A DNA stretch of 64,000 bases, from NCBI GenBank assembly GCA_902599445.1, contig CACKFK010000001.1, forward strand, positions 15,136 through 79,135. The letters are read 5' to 3'. Of this stretch, positions 33,140 through 44,389 are shown piece by piece. Positions within the stretch are counted from its first letter, which is position 1. Each line of letters starts with the position of its first letter. Under the pieces are notes generated by a model. The model searched no databases and had not been told where the DNA came from. It worked only from the letters and a program-made list of their open reading frames with translations. The DNA is from an uncultured Alphaproteobacteria bacterium (GTDB lineage Bacteria; Pseudomonadota; Alphaproteobacteria; Rhodobacterales; Rhodobacteraceae). A program made the position numbers and the translations under genes.

Positions 33140-34015
33140 TTAGCTAATCAGATTGGCATGTGCTAGTGCTTCATCCATTTTGCTTCGGGTCCTTTCATTT
33201 ATGGGTACTAAAGGTGCACGGACTTCATTTTGGCATTTCTCTAATCTGTTTAATGCATACTTAATTGGACAGGGGCTAGGTTCTAAAAAGGCTGCTCTAT
33301 GAAGTGGCAATAACTTGTCTTGTAGACTTATAGCCTTATCGAAGTCACCCTTCGACATAGCATTTTGAAAATCTGAAGAAAGTCGGGGTGCAACATTAGC
33401 TATGACTGAAATGCATCCAGTCCCTCCGTGTGCATTAAAACCCAAGGCTGAAGCATCTTCTCCAGAGAGTTGAATAAATCTGTTACCACAAGAATTTCTT
33501 GTATCTGAGGCCCTGCTTACATCTCCAGTAGCATCTTTAACCCCAATAATATTCTTTAATTTAGCTAACTTGGACATGGTTGATACTTCGATATCAACTA
33601 CTGACCTTCCTGGAATGTTGTAAACTATTATCGGTAAATCACAGCAGTCATTTAACATTTTGAAATGTAATAGAAGACCTTCCTGATTTGGTTTATTATA
33701 ATAAGGAGCAACGACAAGGGCTGCGTCAGCACCTACTCTTTTAGCAAATTTCATCAGGTCTATGGATTCTGTTGTATTATTTGAACCTGCCCCTGCTATT
33801 ACTGGTATTCTACCTTTGGTTTTTTTAACTATTATCTCAATTACTTCTTGGTGTTCCTCGTGGCTTAACGTTGGGCTTTCGCCAGTCGTTCCTACAGCTA
33901 CTAGCCCGTGGCTTCCCTCTTGAATTTGCCATTCTACCAAATCTTCAAGAGCTGGGCGGTCTAGCTCACCGTCCAAAAACGGAGTGATAAGAGCGGGAAT
34001 TGATCCATGTATCAT
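33140..34015 (-). CDS. dapA: 4-hydroxy-tetrahydrodipicolinate synthase
   Basis: 291 aa with [21 protein letters not shown] and IVYNIPGRS motifs. Confidence 0.95.
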   Translation of the reverse strand: MIHGSIPALITPFLDGELDRPALEDLVEWQIQEGSHGLVAVGTTGESPTLSHEEHQEVIEIIVKKTKGRIPVIAGAGSNNTTESIDLMKFAKRVGADAALVVAPYYNKPNQEGLLLHFKMLNDCCDLPIIVYNIPGRSVVDIEVSTMSKLAKLKNIIGVKDATGDVSRASDTRNSCGNRFIQLSGEDASALGFNAHGGTGCISVIANVAPRLSSDFQNAMSKGDFDKAISLQDKLLPLHRAAFLEPSPCPIKYALNRLEKCQNEVRAPLVPINERTRSKMDEALAHANLIS

Positions 34016-34103
34016 TATTTTACCCCCAAATATATTATATCTTAATAGGGAATATTATTTATCACAAGGTATTGTCATGTTAAATCTGATAATTAAGTAG
34101 GGG

Positions 34104-36194
34104 ATGAATTATGTTGGGAGAGCTGTTATTAATAAAAAACATGAAAATCTAAATCCTCCAATTCTCAGGTGCCAATATTTAAAGACCGTATGGCGAAGTC
34201 GGTTACTTTTTTCTCTTTGCTGGTTTCTTTCTTTTTTTCTTTTTTGCGGCTTTCTATCGGCTCAGACAGAGGGTGCTAGAGAAAGCGATGTGGTCTCTGT
34301 AGAGGAGACTCTAAAATATGCAGATGCACGAATGTGGGATAGAGCATATGAATCGGCAAAAGATTTAAATAGGCCGCTTCTTAAAGAGTTGTTGGACTGG
34401 CTTAGATTACGAGCAGGGGACGGTAGGGTCAAGGAGTACATAGAGTTCATAACCCTAAATGAAAATTGGCCAGGGATGCCACTCCTAGCAAAAACAGGAG
34501 AGAAGAAGATAAAATATGGAGAAGATCCTGAAACTATTCTTGATTATTTCAAGTATTCTTTTCCTAAAACTGGACATGGATCATTAGTTTTAGCTAACGC
34601 TTTAATGCAGTTGGAACAAACTCAGGATGCAAAAAAGGTAGCAAAGATCAGTTGGCTGGATCAAGAATTCTCGGATGATGATTTCCTATTGATGCTCAAA
34701 AATTTTGATGACGTGCTTTCGCAGACTCACCAAATTCGTTTAGAAAACTTATTATGGAGCAAGGCCAGAAATTCAGTTTTACAGATGGCAACGGTTATGT
34801 CAGAAGAAGAACTTTTGCTGGCAAGAAAAAGATTAAAATTGCAGAAGTCAGTCAAAGTTTCTTCGAAATCAATTAAGGTTTCTCAGGAATATTGGCAGCA
34901 TCCGGGAGTTTTATGGGATCTTAGTAATAATCTTCAACGACAGAAAAATTACACTGAGGTCTCAAACATTCTTAAAAAAGTGTCCAAATCTTTCGATCTG
35001 TTAGGTAGGCCCAGGAATTGGAAAAGATTGAGGGTTTATCATACTAGGAGAGCTCTTAGATTAGGAAAAATCAAAACAGCTTATGAGTTAGCGAGTAATC
35101 ATTTCATAGAGCCCAATCAGCTCACAAATGTCAATTATAACAAAGTATACGAAGATTATGTTGATTTGGAGTTTTTGGCAGGGTTTATTTCATTAAATTT
35201 TCAAAAAAAGCCAGAAATAGCTTCGAGACACTTTGAAAGGGCTATTAAGCTAGCAAAGAAAAAAGTAAATGTGAGTAAGCTTAATTATTGGTATGGTCGG
35301 AGCCTTAAAAAACTAAATAGACCGAATCAAGCGAGGGCTGCCTTTGAATTAGCTTCTAGGCACTCAAGTACTTTCTATGGCCAACTATCTGCCGAGAGAA
35401 TAGGGAAAAAGGACGTAAGTTTGGATCCTCTCGCAAAGCCTAGATTAATTTGTGACAAAGAAAAAATGTTACAAAACGAGATTTTGAAGGTTGGGGTCTT
35501 ATTACTGAAAGCAAATAGAATTGTCCTTGGTGTTCGTTTTTTTAAACATGCCGCTGAAACCTTGGATGTAGATGGAAGAATTTGTATCTTGAAATTTTTG
35601 CATGACTCAAAGCATTGGTCAGGTGTTATTGGTATAGCAAAAAAATTTATTTCAGAAGATGACATTATATTTAGTTATTCATATCCAGTTCTAAATCTGA
35701 CCCAGGAAAATTTGGGTGCACCTTTACCCCTCGTATATGCTATAATTAGGCAGGAAAGCGAGTTTTATTCGGGTGCTAGATCTGTTGCTGGTGCCTTAGG
35801 TCTGATGCAAGTTATGCCCAACACTGCTAAGTATTTGGCTAAACGCTTGGGCTTAAAATATGATAAGAAACGAATGTTGAGGGACGAACTTTATAACATC
35901 AAAATTGGGACTCAGTATGTGAAGGAACTATTAAGGTCTTTCCGAGGTTCAACTGTACTTAGTATTGCAGCTTACAATGCTGGGCCGGGAAGCGTCAGAA
36001 GTTGGATTAAAAGATACGGTGATCCACGGCGCAAAGGTGTTGATCCACTCATTTGGATTGAAATGATACCATATACTGAGACAAGAAATTATGTCATGCG
36101 TGTTTTAGGAAATGAGTTGATTTACCGAGCGCTAATAGAGAAAACCCCCCTAAAGTTTGATCGTGCTATGAAAAATTTTGGTCATGAATTTTAG
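34104..36194 (+). CDS. slt: Soluble lytic murein transglycosylase (Slt70-like)
   Basis: 696 aa with a signal-like N-terminal TM segment, a long helical superhelix region and a C-terminal SLT domain (RQESEFYSGARSVAGALGLMQVMP, AAYNAGPG). The start codon is uncertain. Confidence 0.85.
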   Translation: MNYVGRAVINKKHENLNPPILRCQYLKTVWRSRLLFSLCWFLSFFLFCGFLSAQTEGARESDVVSVEETLKYADARMWDRAYESAKDLNRPLLKELLDWLRLRAGDGRVKEYIEFITLNENWPGMPLLAKTGEKKIKYGEDPETILDYFKYSFPKTGHGSLVLANALMQLEQTQDAKKVAKISWLDQEFSDDDFLLMLKNFDDVLSQTHQIRLENLLWSKARNSVLQMATVMSEEELLLARKRLKLQKSVKVSSKSIKVSQEYWQHPGVLWDLSNNLQRQKNYTEVSNILKKVSKSFDLLGRPRNWKRLRVYHTRRALRLGKIKTAYELASNHFIEPNQLTNVNYNKVYEDYVDLEFLAGFISLNFQKKPEIASRHFERAIKLAKKKVNVSKLNYWYGRSLKKLNRPNQARAAFELASRHSSTFYGQLSAERIGKKDVSLDPLAKPRLICDKEKMLQNEILKVGVLLLKANRIVLGVRFFKHAAETLDVDGRICILKFLHDSKHWSGVIGIAKKFISEDDIIFSYSYPVLNLTQENLGAPLPLVYAIIRQESEFYSGARSVAGALGLMQVMPNTAKYLAKRLGLKYDKKRMLRDELYNIKIGTQYVKELLRSFRGSTVLSIAAYNAGPGSVRSWIKRYGDPRRKGVDPLIWIEMIPYTETRNYVMRVLGNELIYRALIEKTPLKFDRAMKNFGHEF

Positions 36195-36296
36195 AAAATA
36201 GCAAATTTAGATAGGAGAACCTATATATATGATTGAAAATCGTATATTATCAAGATATGGTATTCCCCAACATTTCTAGCTCTTTTTTTTCAGTGA

Positions 36297-39200
36297 TTGG
36301 AAATTACATTGAATTTCACTAGATTACGTCTTAATGGCTTTAAAAGCTTTGTTGATCCGACCGAATTACAAATCCTGCCTGGCCTTACTGGGATCGTTGG
36401 GCCAAATGGCTGTGGTAAATCAAATCTTTTAGATGCCTTAAGATGGGTGATGGGTGAGACTCGACCAACGTCCATGCGGGGTGATGGCATGGATGATATC
36501 ATTTTTGGAGGTAGTGATTTAAGACCAGCTAGGGCATTTGCAGAGGTGGTGTTGGGATTGGAAAAACTTGATCAAATAACTTTGCCCATAGAAGCAAGCA
36601 ACGATTATATTGAAATCGTAAGAAGAATAAACCTTGATGCGGGCTCTACATATAGGATTGAAGGTAAAGAGGTGTTGGCAAGAGAAGTTAGGATGCTTTT
36701 TGCTGATTCTTCCATAGGTTCCAACTCTCCTTCACTTGTACGACAGGGGCAAATTGCCAGCTTAATTAATGAACATCCAAAAGCGCGTCGCAAGATTCTT
36801 GAAGAAGCAGCAGGAATTGCGGGTATCTACCAAAGACGGCACGAGTCAGAATTAAAACTGAATACTTCGGAGGACAACCTTTTACGTGTCAATGACATTC
36901 TTTCGAAGCTTCAAGATCAGCTTAAAGTCTTAGCAAAGCAAGCCAGCCAAGCCAGCGAATATCGTTCTTTGGGTGTTTCAATTAGAAAAAAAGAAGCTTT
37001 ACTACTCTATACTCAATGGAAATATAAGAAGGAAGAAGTTGAAATAGCTGAGAAAGAGTTAGGGCAAATTTTAAAATCTAGGAGTGAAAGGCAGAAGATT
37101 AACTTAGATTTAAGTGGGGAAAGAGAAAAAAAAGAGGGAATTATACCCAGCAAAAGAGAAAAGCAAGCAGCAGATCAAATTGGATTTCGTCAATTGCATT
37201 CTATGAAAGACAGTTTTGATGAAAAACATAGGTTAGCAGTTTTGAAGATTGATGAACTAAAGAAAAGGATTGCTGACCTTAATCAGGAATATCTTAGAGA
37301 AGTTGAAATAAGTAGAGATGCGGAAGGGGTTCTTCAAAAGTTGAGTTTAGAAATAAATCAGTTAGAGTTAGAAAGGTCAACTCTAGAGGAAAGATTAACC
37401 CAGGCTCAAAACGAATCGCAGGCATCTGAAATAGAATTTAAGAAACGGGAACTCGATTATGATGAGAAAGCTGCTGATTTAGCCAATTTACTGGCTGAAA
37501 AAAATACTACAGAAAAACGCCGTGAAGATTACAAAAAAAATCTACGGCTAATAGAGGAAAAGCTTTCACAAGTAAAAGCAGATCAGGCCAGTGTTGATAT
37601 CAGGCGGGGTGATATAGAAATAGAGAAAATAAAGGAAGCAGAATCTTTAGCCGAAACTGATCTATTAGTAACTGCTAAAGCTAGTTCTTTAGAAAAATTG
37701 GAAAATGAGTGCCAGAAGGCTATGAAAGCAGAGGCCGAAGAGAATGAAAAATTATTGGAAAGCAAAAGCAAGCGTGCGGCAATAATCTCAGAGATTGAAA
37801 CTCTAAAAGAACTCGCCCAGGATAGGGTGCTACCCTCCGATGCCTTATTAAATAAAGTGTCTGCCACCCCAGGATATGAGTTGGCATTAGGAGCTGCAAT
37901 GTCTGATGAACTTAATTTTCCAGGCAATGTAACTGGAGTTAAATCCGGTTGGATGGATTTTCACGAAAGATTTCAGGTTAAAGATCTGCCTGAGGGTATT
38001 AGAATGTTGGCTGACTTTGTTAAATATCCACCGGAGTTGTCTAGTAAAATAAAGAATATTGGGATTGTTAGTATCGAGGATGGTCCCAAGATGCAGCTAC
38101 AACTCTCGAACGGTCAGAGCTTAGTATCTAAAGAAGGTGATTTGTGGCGGTGGGATGGTTTTGTTAGGAGATCGGTGGACATAAGTTCAGAAACGGCTCT
38201 TAAGCTAAAAAATATTAATCGTTTAAAGAAATTGCAGAAAGTACTTAAAGAGTCAGAACACTCGGTAATTACTAACCAGGAAAAACATCGATCATTGGAA
38301 ATGAAATATCAAGAAAAAATATTTTTAAGAGAGAATACAAAAAAAGAATACATACAACTTGAAAACCAATTGGCAGGGTTGAAATTGAGTCTTAGCACCC
38401 TTGAGGCTGAATTTGAGATAAATCGGGCACAGATGGAAGGACTTGCTGACAAATCTGAACAGCTGCAGAAAGATAGAAAAGACTTTTTAGATCTTGTGGA
38501 TACGAATGAAATCGACAAGGAAACTAATGAAGACCTAATCACCAAGGAAAAGAGCCTCAATGATCAAAAAGATAAACTTGAAATTTTTAGATCTAAGAAT
38601 TTGGAACTTCGTTTGCGACTAGAAGACATTGTTTCAAAAGACAAACATGGTCAAGCTAGATTGTCTCAGATATCAAATGACATTAAAGAATGGGAGTCGC
38701 GACAAAAAAGGTCTTTGGATCAACAGTCTAATATTATGACGAAACAAGAAGAATTTAAGGTTCTATTGGATCTTGCGGTCTCGGAACCGGGAAATATTGA
38801 ACAAGAAGTTGAAACACTGGCTGAGAAAATTAATGAAGCAGAGAAGCAGTGCGCTAATTCTACAAATGCATTAGTAGAGGCCGAGAAAAACCTTAGGGAA
38901 GTAACATTTGAGGAGAGAGAATCTCAAAAACTTGCAGAAGAATTAAAAGAAAAATATGTGCGAGCAGAGGTTGGTTTAGAGACAATGAAACAAAGCATGA
39001 AGGAAATGGCAGTTGCTTTGCAGGAAAGTACTGGATCAAACCCAAAAGATTTTGAGAACAAATATAAAGAAGAAAGCAGCAATAATTGGGCTATTTCCTC
39101 TATCCAAGAGAATTTGGATAAACTTAAGAGGAGAAGAGAAATTATTGGTCCTGTAAATTTGCGAGCAGAGGAAGATGAAAAGGAGATTAAAGTTGAATTT

Positions 39201-39767
39201 GAGATGTTGAATTCCCAAAAGGATGATCTTGAGGCCGCTATAAATAAACTTCGGAAGGCTATTTCAGATTTAAATAAAGAAGGACGAGGGAAACTAATAG
39301 GTGCTTTTGAGCAAGTAAATAAGAATTTCCAAGAACTATTCCAAACTTTATTTGGAGGAGGTTCGAGCAATTTAATGTTTGTAGAAAGTGACGATCCTCT
39401 AGAGGCAGGTCTGGAGATAATGTGTCAACCGCCAGGAAAAAAACTCTCAAATTTGTCATTATTGTCGGGTGGTGAGCAGACTTTGGCTGCAATCTCATTA
39501 ATTTTTGCAGTTTTCCTCGCTAGGCCAAGCCCAATCTGTGTTTTGGATGAGGTTGATGCCCCTTTAGATGATGCAAATGTAGTAAGGTTTTGTAGATTGT
39601 TAGATGAGATGAATTCCAAGACGGAAACTAGATTCTTAATAATTACACACAACCCTATCACAATGGCTAAGATGAACCGATTATTCGGTGTGACAATGGG
39701 GGAAAAAGGGGTAAGTCAATTAGTTAGTGTAGATTTAGATAGGGCTGAAGAGTTAGTCGAAGCCTGA
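36297..39767 (+). CDS. smc: Chromosome segregation protein SMC
   Basis: 1156 aa with Walker A GPNGCGKSN, a long coiled coil with a hinge, signature LSGGEQT and Walker B VLDEVDAPLD. The start may instead be the TTG at 36309 (MNFTRLRLNGFKSF). Confidence 0.95.
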   Translation: MEITLNFTRLRLNGFKSFVDPTELQILPGLTGIVGPNGCGKSNLLDALRWVMGETRPTSMRGDGMDDIIFGGSDLRPARAFAEVVLGLEKLDQITLPIEASNDYIEIVRRINLDAGSTYRIEGKEVLAREVRMLFADSSIGSNSPSLVRQGQIASLINEHPKARRKILEEAAGIAGIYQRRHESELKLNTSEDNLLRVNDILSKLQDQLKVLAKQASQASEYRSLGVSIRKKEALLLYTQWKYKKEEVEIAEKELGQILKSRSERQKINLDLSGEREKKEGIIPSKREKQAADQIGFRQLHSMKDSFDEKHRLAVLKIDELKKRIADLNQEYLREVEISRDAEGVLQKLSLEINQLELERSTLEERLTQAQNESQASEIEFKKRELDYDEKAADLANLLAEKNTTEKRREDYKKNLRLIEEKLSQVKADQASVDIRRGDIEIEKIKEAESLAETDLLVTAKASSLEKLENECQKAMKAEAEENEKLLESKSKRAAIISEIETLKELAQDRVLPSDALLNKVSATPGYELALGAAMSDELNFPGNVTGVKSGWMDFHERFQVKDLPEGIRMLADFVKYPPELSSKIKNIGIVSIEDGPKMQLQLSNGQSLVSKEGDLWRWDGFVRRSVDISSETALKLKNINRLKKLQKVLKESEHSVITNQEKHRSLEMKYQEKIFLRENTKKEYIQLENQLAGLKLSLSTLEAEFEINRAQMEGLADKSEQLQKDRKDFLDLVDTNEIDKETNEDLITKEKSLNDQKDKLEIFRSKNLELRLRLEDIVSKDKHGQARLSQISNDIKEWESRQKRSLDQQSNIMTKQEEFKVLLDLAVSEPGNIEQEVETLAEKINEAEKQCANSTNALVEAEKNLREVTFEERESQKLAEELKEKYVRAEVGLETMKQSMKEMAVALQESTGSNPKDFENKYKEESSNNWAISSIQENLDKLKRRREIIGPVNLRAEEDEKEIKVEFEMLNSQKDDLEAAINKLRKAISDLNKEGRGKLIGAFEQVNKNFQELFQTLFGGGSSNLMFVESDDPLEAGLEIMCQPPGKKLSNLSLLSGGEQTLAAISLIFAVFLARPSPICVLDEVDAPLDDANVVRFCRLLDEMNSKTETRFLIITHNPITMAKMNRLFGVTMGEKGVSQLVSVDLDRAEELVEA

Positions 39768-39834
39768 TATGTATGACCCTTTACATGCAGGTTTCGAAAT
39801 CAGAATCTGAAATTGATGGTTTGCGAAAAATATC

Positions 39835-40677
39835 ATGACATCGGATAGGAACAAATATTTGGTATCGACGAATTGGTTAGACAAGAAACTGAACGATCCA
39901 GATGTTAGAATAATTGATGCAAGTTGGTACTTACCGGATTTGAAGCGATCTCCATATGATGAATATAGGGAAAATCATATTACTGGGGCATTGTTTTTTG
40001 ATCTTGATGAGTTCTCTGATCCCAATTCTAAGCTTCCTCACATGGCGCTAGATCCTGATCTTTTTGGAAAAAAAATAGAAAATTTTGGTATCAATACAAA
40101 GGGTACGGTAGTAGTTTACGACGGCTTGGGCCTATTTTCATCTGCAAGATTATTGTGGTTATTCCATTTATATGGATTCAGCAATGTTTTCATCTTGGAT
40201 GGAGGCTTGCCGAAATGGGTGGAAGAAAAAAAATCTGTAGATTCTGAATTAAAAATATTTGATCAGTCCCGTTTTCCCGTGTTCTATGAGAAAGAATTAG
40301 TAGTAGGTTTAGATCAAGTTAGAGCTTGCATCGGATCAAATGAGATTCAGATAATTGATGCTAGGCCGCCAAAGCGATTTGCAGGGTTGGTCCCAGAACC
40401 AAGAAAAGGTGTGAGCAGAGGGAACATACCAAGCTCAATAAATTTGTATTACGGAGACTTATTTAACCCTGATAATACACTGAAGCCAAATAAATCCCTT
40501 CAGAAAATTGTCGAAAGTGTTGGAATTGATTTGGAAAAACCTCTAATTACTTATTGTGGTTCTGGTGTTACAGCAGCCATTCTCTATGTGGTCTTAAAAG
40601 GCCTAGGTGCCAAAAGGGTCTCGGTTTATGATGGTTCTTGGTGTGAGTGGGGTAGTGTAGAGAATCAAACAGTATGA
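39835..40677 (+). CDS. sseA: 3-mercaptopyruvate sulfurtransferase (tandem rhodanese)
   Basis: 280 aa with two rhodanese domains and the active-site loop YCGSGVTAA. Confidence 0.88.
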   Translation: MTSDRNKYLVSTNWLDKKLNDPDVRIIDASWYLPDLKRSPYDEYRENHITGALFFDLDEFSDPNSKLPHMALDPDLFGKKIENFGINTKGTVVVYDGLGLFSSARLLWLFHLYGFSNVFILDGGLPKWVEEKKSVDSELKIFDQSRFPVFYEKELVVGLDQVRACIGSNEIQIIDARPPKRFAGLVPEPRKGVSRGNIPSSINLYYGDLFNPDNTLKPNKSLQKIVESVGIDLEKPLITYCGSGVTAAILYVVLKGLGAKRVSVYDGSWCEWGSVENQTV

Positions 40678-40742
40678 CAGTTAATAGGGGCGAACATCTT
40701 TAAGGCACATTTTAGAAAATTTTAAGTAAGGATAGAGCAAAA

Positions 40743-41939
40743 ATGTTAGATAAACTGAAGGAGCAACCCGGAGACAAAATTATAGCTTTAATGGCCTTGT
40801 TTGCGGCAGACCGTAGGAAAGAAAAAATTGATTTAGGGGTTGGTGTTTACAAAAATGATCAAGGCAAGACCCCCATTATGAAGGCTGTATCTGAAGCAAT
40901 GTCAATTTTGAATGTAAAACAAGAATCTAAAAGCTATGTTGGGCTTTTAGGTAACATGAGTTTCATTGATCAAATGATTCGATTAGTTCTTAAAGACTCT
41001 GTTCCAAGAGATAGAATTTTAGGAGGGCAAGCCCCTGGTGGGACCGGCGCTTTACACCAATTATTACTTTTAATTCGATCACTTGATACAGATTCTAGAG
41101 TATGGATTTCTTCTCCTTCTTGGCCAAATCATGCAGCAATCCTAAATCATTTAGGCATGAATTGCCTTCAATATTCTTATTTTGATGAGGAGACATGCGA
41201 AGTCGATTTTGATAGTATGATGAACGATTTGGGCTATGTTAAGCCAGGTGATGTAGTGCTTTTACACGGTTGCTGCCATAATCCTACAGGAGCCAATCTC
41301 TCAAAGGAGAACTGGATAGAACTGACTAATTTTTTTTCGCAAAGAGATGTATTACCATTAGTGGATTTGGCGTATCAAGGTTTTGGTGATGGAATCGAAG
41401 AAGATGTTGCTGGGTTGCAGCATATGGCTTCAAATTTACCTGAGATTTGTATTGCAGTATCTGGTTCCAAGAATTTTGGTTTGTATCGGGAAAGAGTGGG
41501 AGCCGCAATTGTAGTAATTTCAGACAAAAGGCAGCATAAAAGAACCGAAGATAACTTAAAATCCTTTAACAGGCTAACTTTTTCTTTTCCTCCCGACTAT
41601 GGAGCTTCTGTTGTGAACTTGGTTTTGTCCGATTATGATTCAGATAAAATTCCGTTGGCAGATCTTTGGAAAAAAGAGTTAATGGAAATGCGTTCCCGAA
41701 TGTTGAAACTACGGGTTTCCTTATCTGATTCACTCAGGCGTAGTACCAATTCTAACAGATTTGATTTTGTTGCCAAGCATCGTGGTATGTTCTCTCTTTT
41801 AGGTTTAAGTCCCAATGAGGTTTTGAGGCTTAGAGAAGAGCATGGGATTTATATGGTAGGAGATTCTAGGATAAACCTAGCAGGATTGAATCATAACCAA
41901 CTGGATAATTTTTCCAGGGCTGTGGCAACAGTAATTTGA
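40743..41939 (+). CDS. Class I aspartate/aromatic-amino-acid aminotransferase (AspC/TyrB type)
   Basis: 398 aa with IDLGVGVYKNDQGKTP, CCHNPTGANL and SGSKNFGLYRERVG (PLP-lysine region). Confidence 0.9.
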   Translation: MLDKLKEQPGDKIIALMALFAADRRKEKIDLGVGVYKNDQGKTPIMKAVSEAMSILNVKQESKSYVGLLGNMSFIDQMIRLVLKDSVPRDRILGGQAPGGTGALHQLLLLIRSLDTDSRVWISSPSWPNHAAILNHLGMNCLQYSYFDEETCEVDFDSMMNDLGYVKPGDVVLLHGCCHNPTGANLSKENWIELTNFFSQRDVLPLVDLAYQGFGDGIEEDVAGLQHMASNLPEICIAVSGSKNFGLYRERVGAAIVVISDKRQHKRTEDNLKSFNRLTFSFPPDYGASVVNLVLSDYDSDKIPLADLWKKELMEMRSRMLKLRVSLSDSLRRSTNSNRFDFVAKHRGMFSLLGLSPNEVLRLREEHGIYMVGDSRINLAGLNHNQLDNFSRAVATVI

Positions 41940-42042
41940 GTTTTTTTGGGGAAAGGTTTATTTGTGCTAGCGCAGTTGTGTCTCTAACAGCGTTAAATTA
42001 CGGATAGAAAGTTATGTATATGAATATGAGGAAGTCAAATTA

Positions 42043-43986
42043 ATGGAAGAAAAAATTTATCAGCCTAGTGAGAAGATCATAGAGGCATGTAGTTTAAATG
42101 ATCAACAATACAAAGACATGTATCAAGAATCCTTGTTACAGCCAGAGAAATTCTGGGGTGAGATTGGAAAGTCAATTGACTGGATTAAACCTTATAGTAA
42201 AGTGAAGAATACTTCTTTTTCTCCGAATAACGTCGCAATAAAGTGGTACGAGGATGGATCGCTCAATGTATCTGCTAATTGCGTTGATAGACATTTGGAA
42301 AAACGTGGTGACAAGATCGCCATAATTTGGGAGGCTGATGAGCCAGGATTTTCGAAAAAAATTACTTATAGTGAGCTCCATTCAAATGTTTGTCGATTGG
42401 CAAATGTTTATAAGGAATTAGGTGTAAGTAAGGGCGATAGGGTTATTATATATATGCCAATGATCCCAGAAGCTGCTTATGCTATGTTAGCTTGTGCACG
42501 GATTGGAGCGGTTCATTCAGTAGTCTTTGGAGGTTTTTCTCCTGAAGCTCTTGCTAGTAGGATCACTGATTGTGGTGCAAAACTAGTAGTTACAGCCGAT
42601 GAGGCCCCAAGGGGCGGTAGGCCCGTACCTTTGAAAGAAAACGTTAATAAAGCTCTGGAAATTTCAGGTGACAGGAAAACATTAGTGGTAGCCAGAACAG
42701 GTTCAGACGTTTTTATGAAGAAAGGGAGAGATAATTATTTTGATGATCTTACCAAAAAAGCATCTGAAATATGTGTAGCTACAGAAATGGCAGCAGAAGA
42801 TCCTTTATTTATCTTGTACACGTCAGGGTCAACAGGTAAGCCAAAAGGGGTTCAACATTCAAGCGGAGGTTACATTGTATATGCTTCCTTAACCCACAAA
42901 TATGTTTTTGATTATAAAGATAATGACATTTATTGGTGTACAGCTGATGTAGGATGGATAACGGGGCATAGCTATATTGTCTATGGTCCCTTAGCAAACG
43001 GAGCAACAACTTTGATGTTTGAGGGTGTTCCAACTTATCCAGATAGTTCGCGTTTTTGGCAAGTGTGCGAAAAGCATAAAGTTAACCAATTCTATACAGC
43101 TCCAACAGCTATTAGAGCATTGATGGCACAAGGCGAAAATTTTGTTAATCAGTGTGATTTGTCTAGCTTAAGAATCTTAGGTACAGTCGGGGAACCTATT
43201 AACCCTGAAGCTTGGGAGTGGTATAATAGAGTTGTTGGTAAAGGTTTGTGCCCTATAGTCGATACATGGTGGCAGACTGAAACAGGGGGGATATTGATAA
43301 CGCCCTTGCCAGGAGCTACAGCAACAAAGCCAGGATCTGCAACACGGCCATTTTTTGGAGTTAAACCGGTAGTTTTAGACCCTAGTTCGGGAAAAAAATT
43401 GGATGGTAATGACGTAGAAGGCGTACTAGCAATTGAAGACAGTTGGCCTGGTCAAATGAGAACAATCTTTGGTGATCACGAACGATTCATTAAAACCTAT
43501 TTTAGTGATTATAAGGGGTACTATTTTTCTGGTGACGGTTGTAGGAGAGATAAGGATGGTTATTACTGGATAACCGGTAGAGTTGATGATGTTTTAAATG
43601 TCTCTGGCCATCGTATGGGAACAGCAGAAATTGAAAGTGCATTAGTAGCGCATCCATTAGTGGCTGAAAGTGCGGTGGTTGGATACCCACATGAAATTAA
43701 AGGACAAGGAATTTATGCTTTTGTAACTTTAATGGTGGGTCAAGTGCCTTCCAGTGATCTTAGTAAAGAACTAGAGGGGTGGGTGAGAAAGGAAATTGGG
43801 CCTATTGCCAAACCAGACGTCATTCAATGGGCTCCAGGTCTTCCAAAAACACGCTCTGGAAAAATAATGAGAAGAATTTTACGTAAAATCGCGGAAAACA
43901 ATTTTGGAGATCTTGGTGATACATCGACCCTGGCTGATCCTAGTGTAGTTGAAAATTTGGTCGAAAATAGGTTGAACAGGTCATGA
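42043..43986 (+). CDS. acs: Acetyl-CoA synthetase
   Basis: 647 aa with [19 protein letters not shown] and the C-terminal [17 protein letters not shown]. Confidence 0.97.
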   Translation: MEEKIYQPSEKIIEACSLNDQQYKDMYQESLLQPEKFWGEIGKSIDWIKPYSKVKNTSFSPNNVAIKWYEDGSLNVSANCVDRHLEKRGDKIAIIWEADEPGFSKKITYSELHSNVCRLANVYKELGVSKGDRVIIYMPMIPEAAYAMLACARIGAVHSVVFGGFSPEALASRITDCGAKLVVTADEAPRGGRPVPLKENVNKALEISGDRKTLVVARTGSDVFMKKGRDNYFDDLTKKASEICVATEMAAEDPLFILYTSGSTGKPKGVQHSSGGYIVYASLTHKYVFDYKDNDIYWCTADVGWITGHSYIVYGPLANGATTLMFEGVPTYPDSSRFWQVCEKHKVNQFYTAPTAIRALMAQGENFVNQCDLSSLRILGTVGEPINPEAWEWYNRVVGKGLCPIVDTWWQTETGGILITPLPGATATKPGSATRPFFGVKPVVLDPSSGKKLDGNDVEGVLAIEDSWPGQMRTIFGDHERFIKTYFSDYKGYYFSGDGCRRDKDGYYWITGRVDDVLNVSGHRMGTAEIESALVAHPLVAESAVVGYPHEIKGQGIYAFVTLMVGQVPSSDLSKELEGWVRKEIGPIAKPDVIQWAPGLPKTRSGKIMRRILRKIAENNFGDLGDTSTLADPSVVENLVENRLNRS

Positions 43987-44026
43987 TGTTTGGTTATCTT
44001 TTTGAAGAGAATTTTGGAAAGGTAAA

Positions 44027-44365
44027 ATGGTGATTAGTACAAAGTTTAGTTGTGTTATTATAATCTTCTTATTTTTGTCAGCGTGTAATTCAGGTTATCA
44101 GGGTGGATATACTGAGTATGGTGCTCCAGTTCAATTAAAAGTAGAAGTTGAACCAAGTAAAAGTACTGTAAAAGGAGAATGTTTGGCGGACACCCTTAGT
44201 TTCCTTGTTGGACAACCGGAAACAGCTTTGGCGGCCATGGAGTATCCTGCTAATACTCGTGTATTTTCACAAGGGCAAGAAGTGAATTTTGAAAATGACA
44301 ATCCCTCCAGGTTAAATTTAGTTGTTGGTGCGGAGCGAAGGATAGTGAATATTTTTTGTGGTTAG
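44027..44365 (+). CDS. Peptidase-inhibitor I78-like small lipoprotein
   Basis: 112 aa. A signal peptide ends in the lipobox LSAC. The C-terminal pattern LVGQP...TRVFSQGQEVNFENDNPSRLNLVVGAERRIVNIFCG resembles the I78 family signature ending in CG. Confidence 0.6.
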   Translation: MVISTKFSCVIIIFLFLSACNSGYQGGYTEYGAPVQLKVEVEPSKSTVKGECLADTLSFLVGQPETALAAMEYPANTRVFSQGQEVNFENDNPSRLNLVVGAERRIVNIFCG

Positions 44366-44389
44366 AGGTTATACAGATGAAACCGGATA

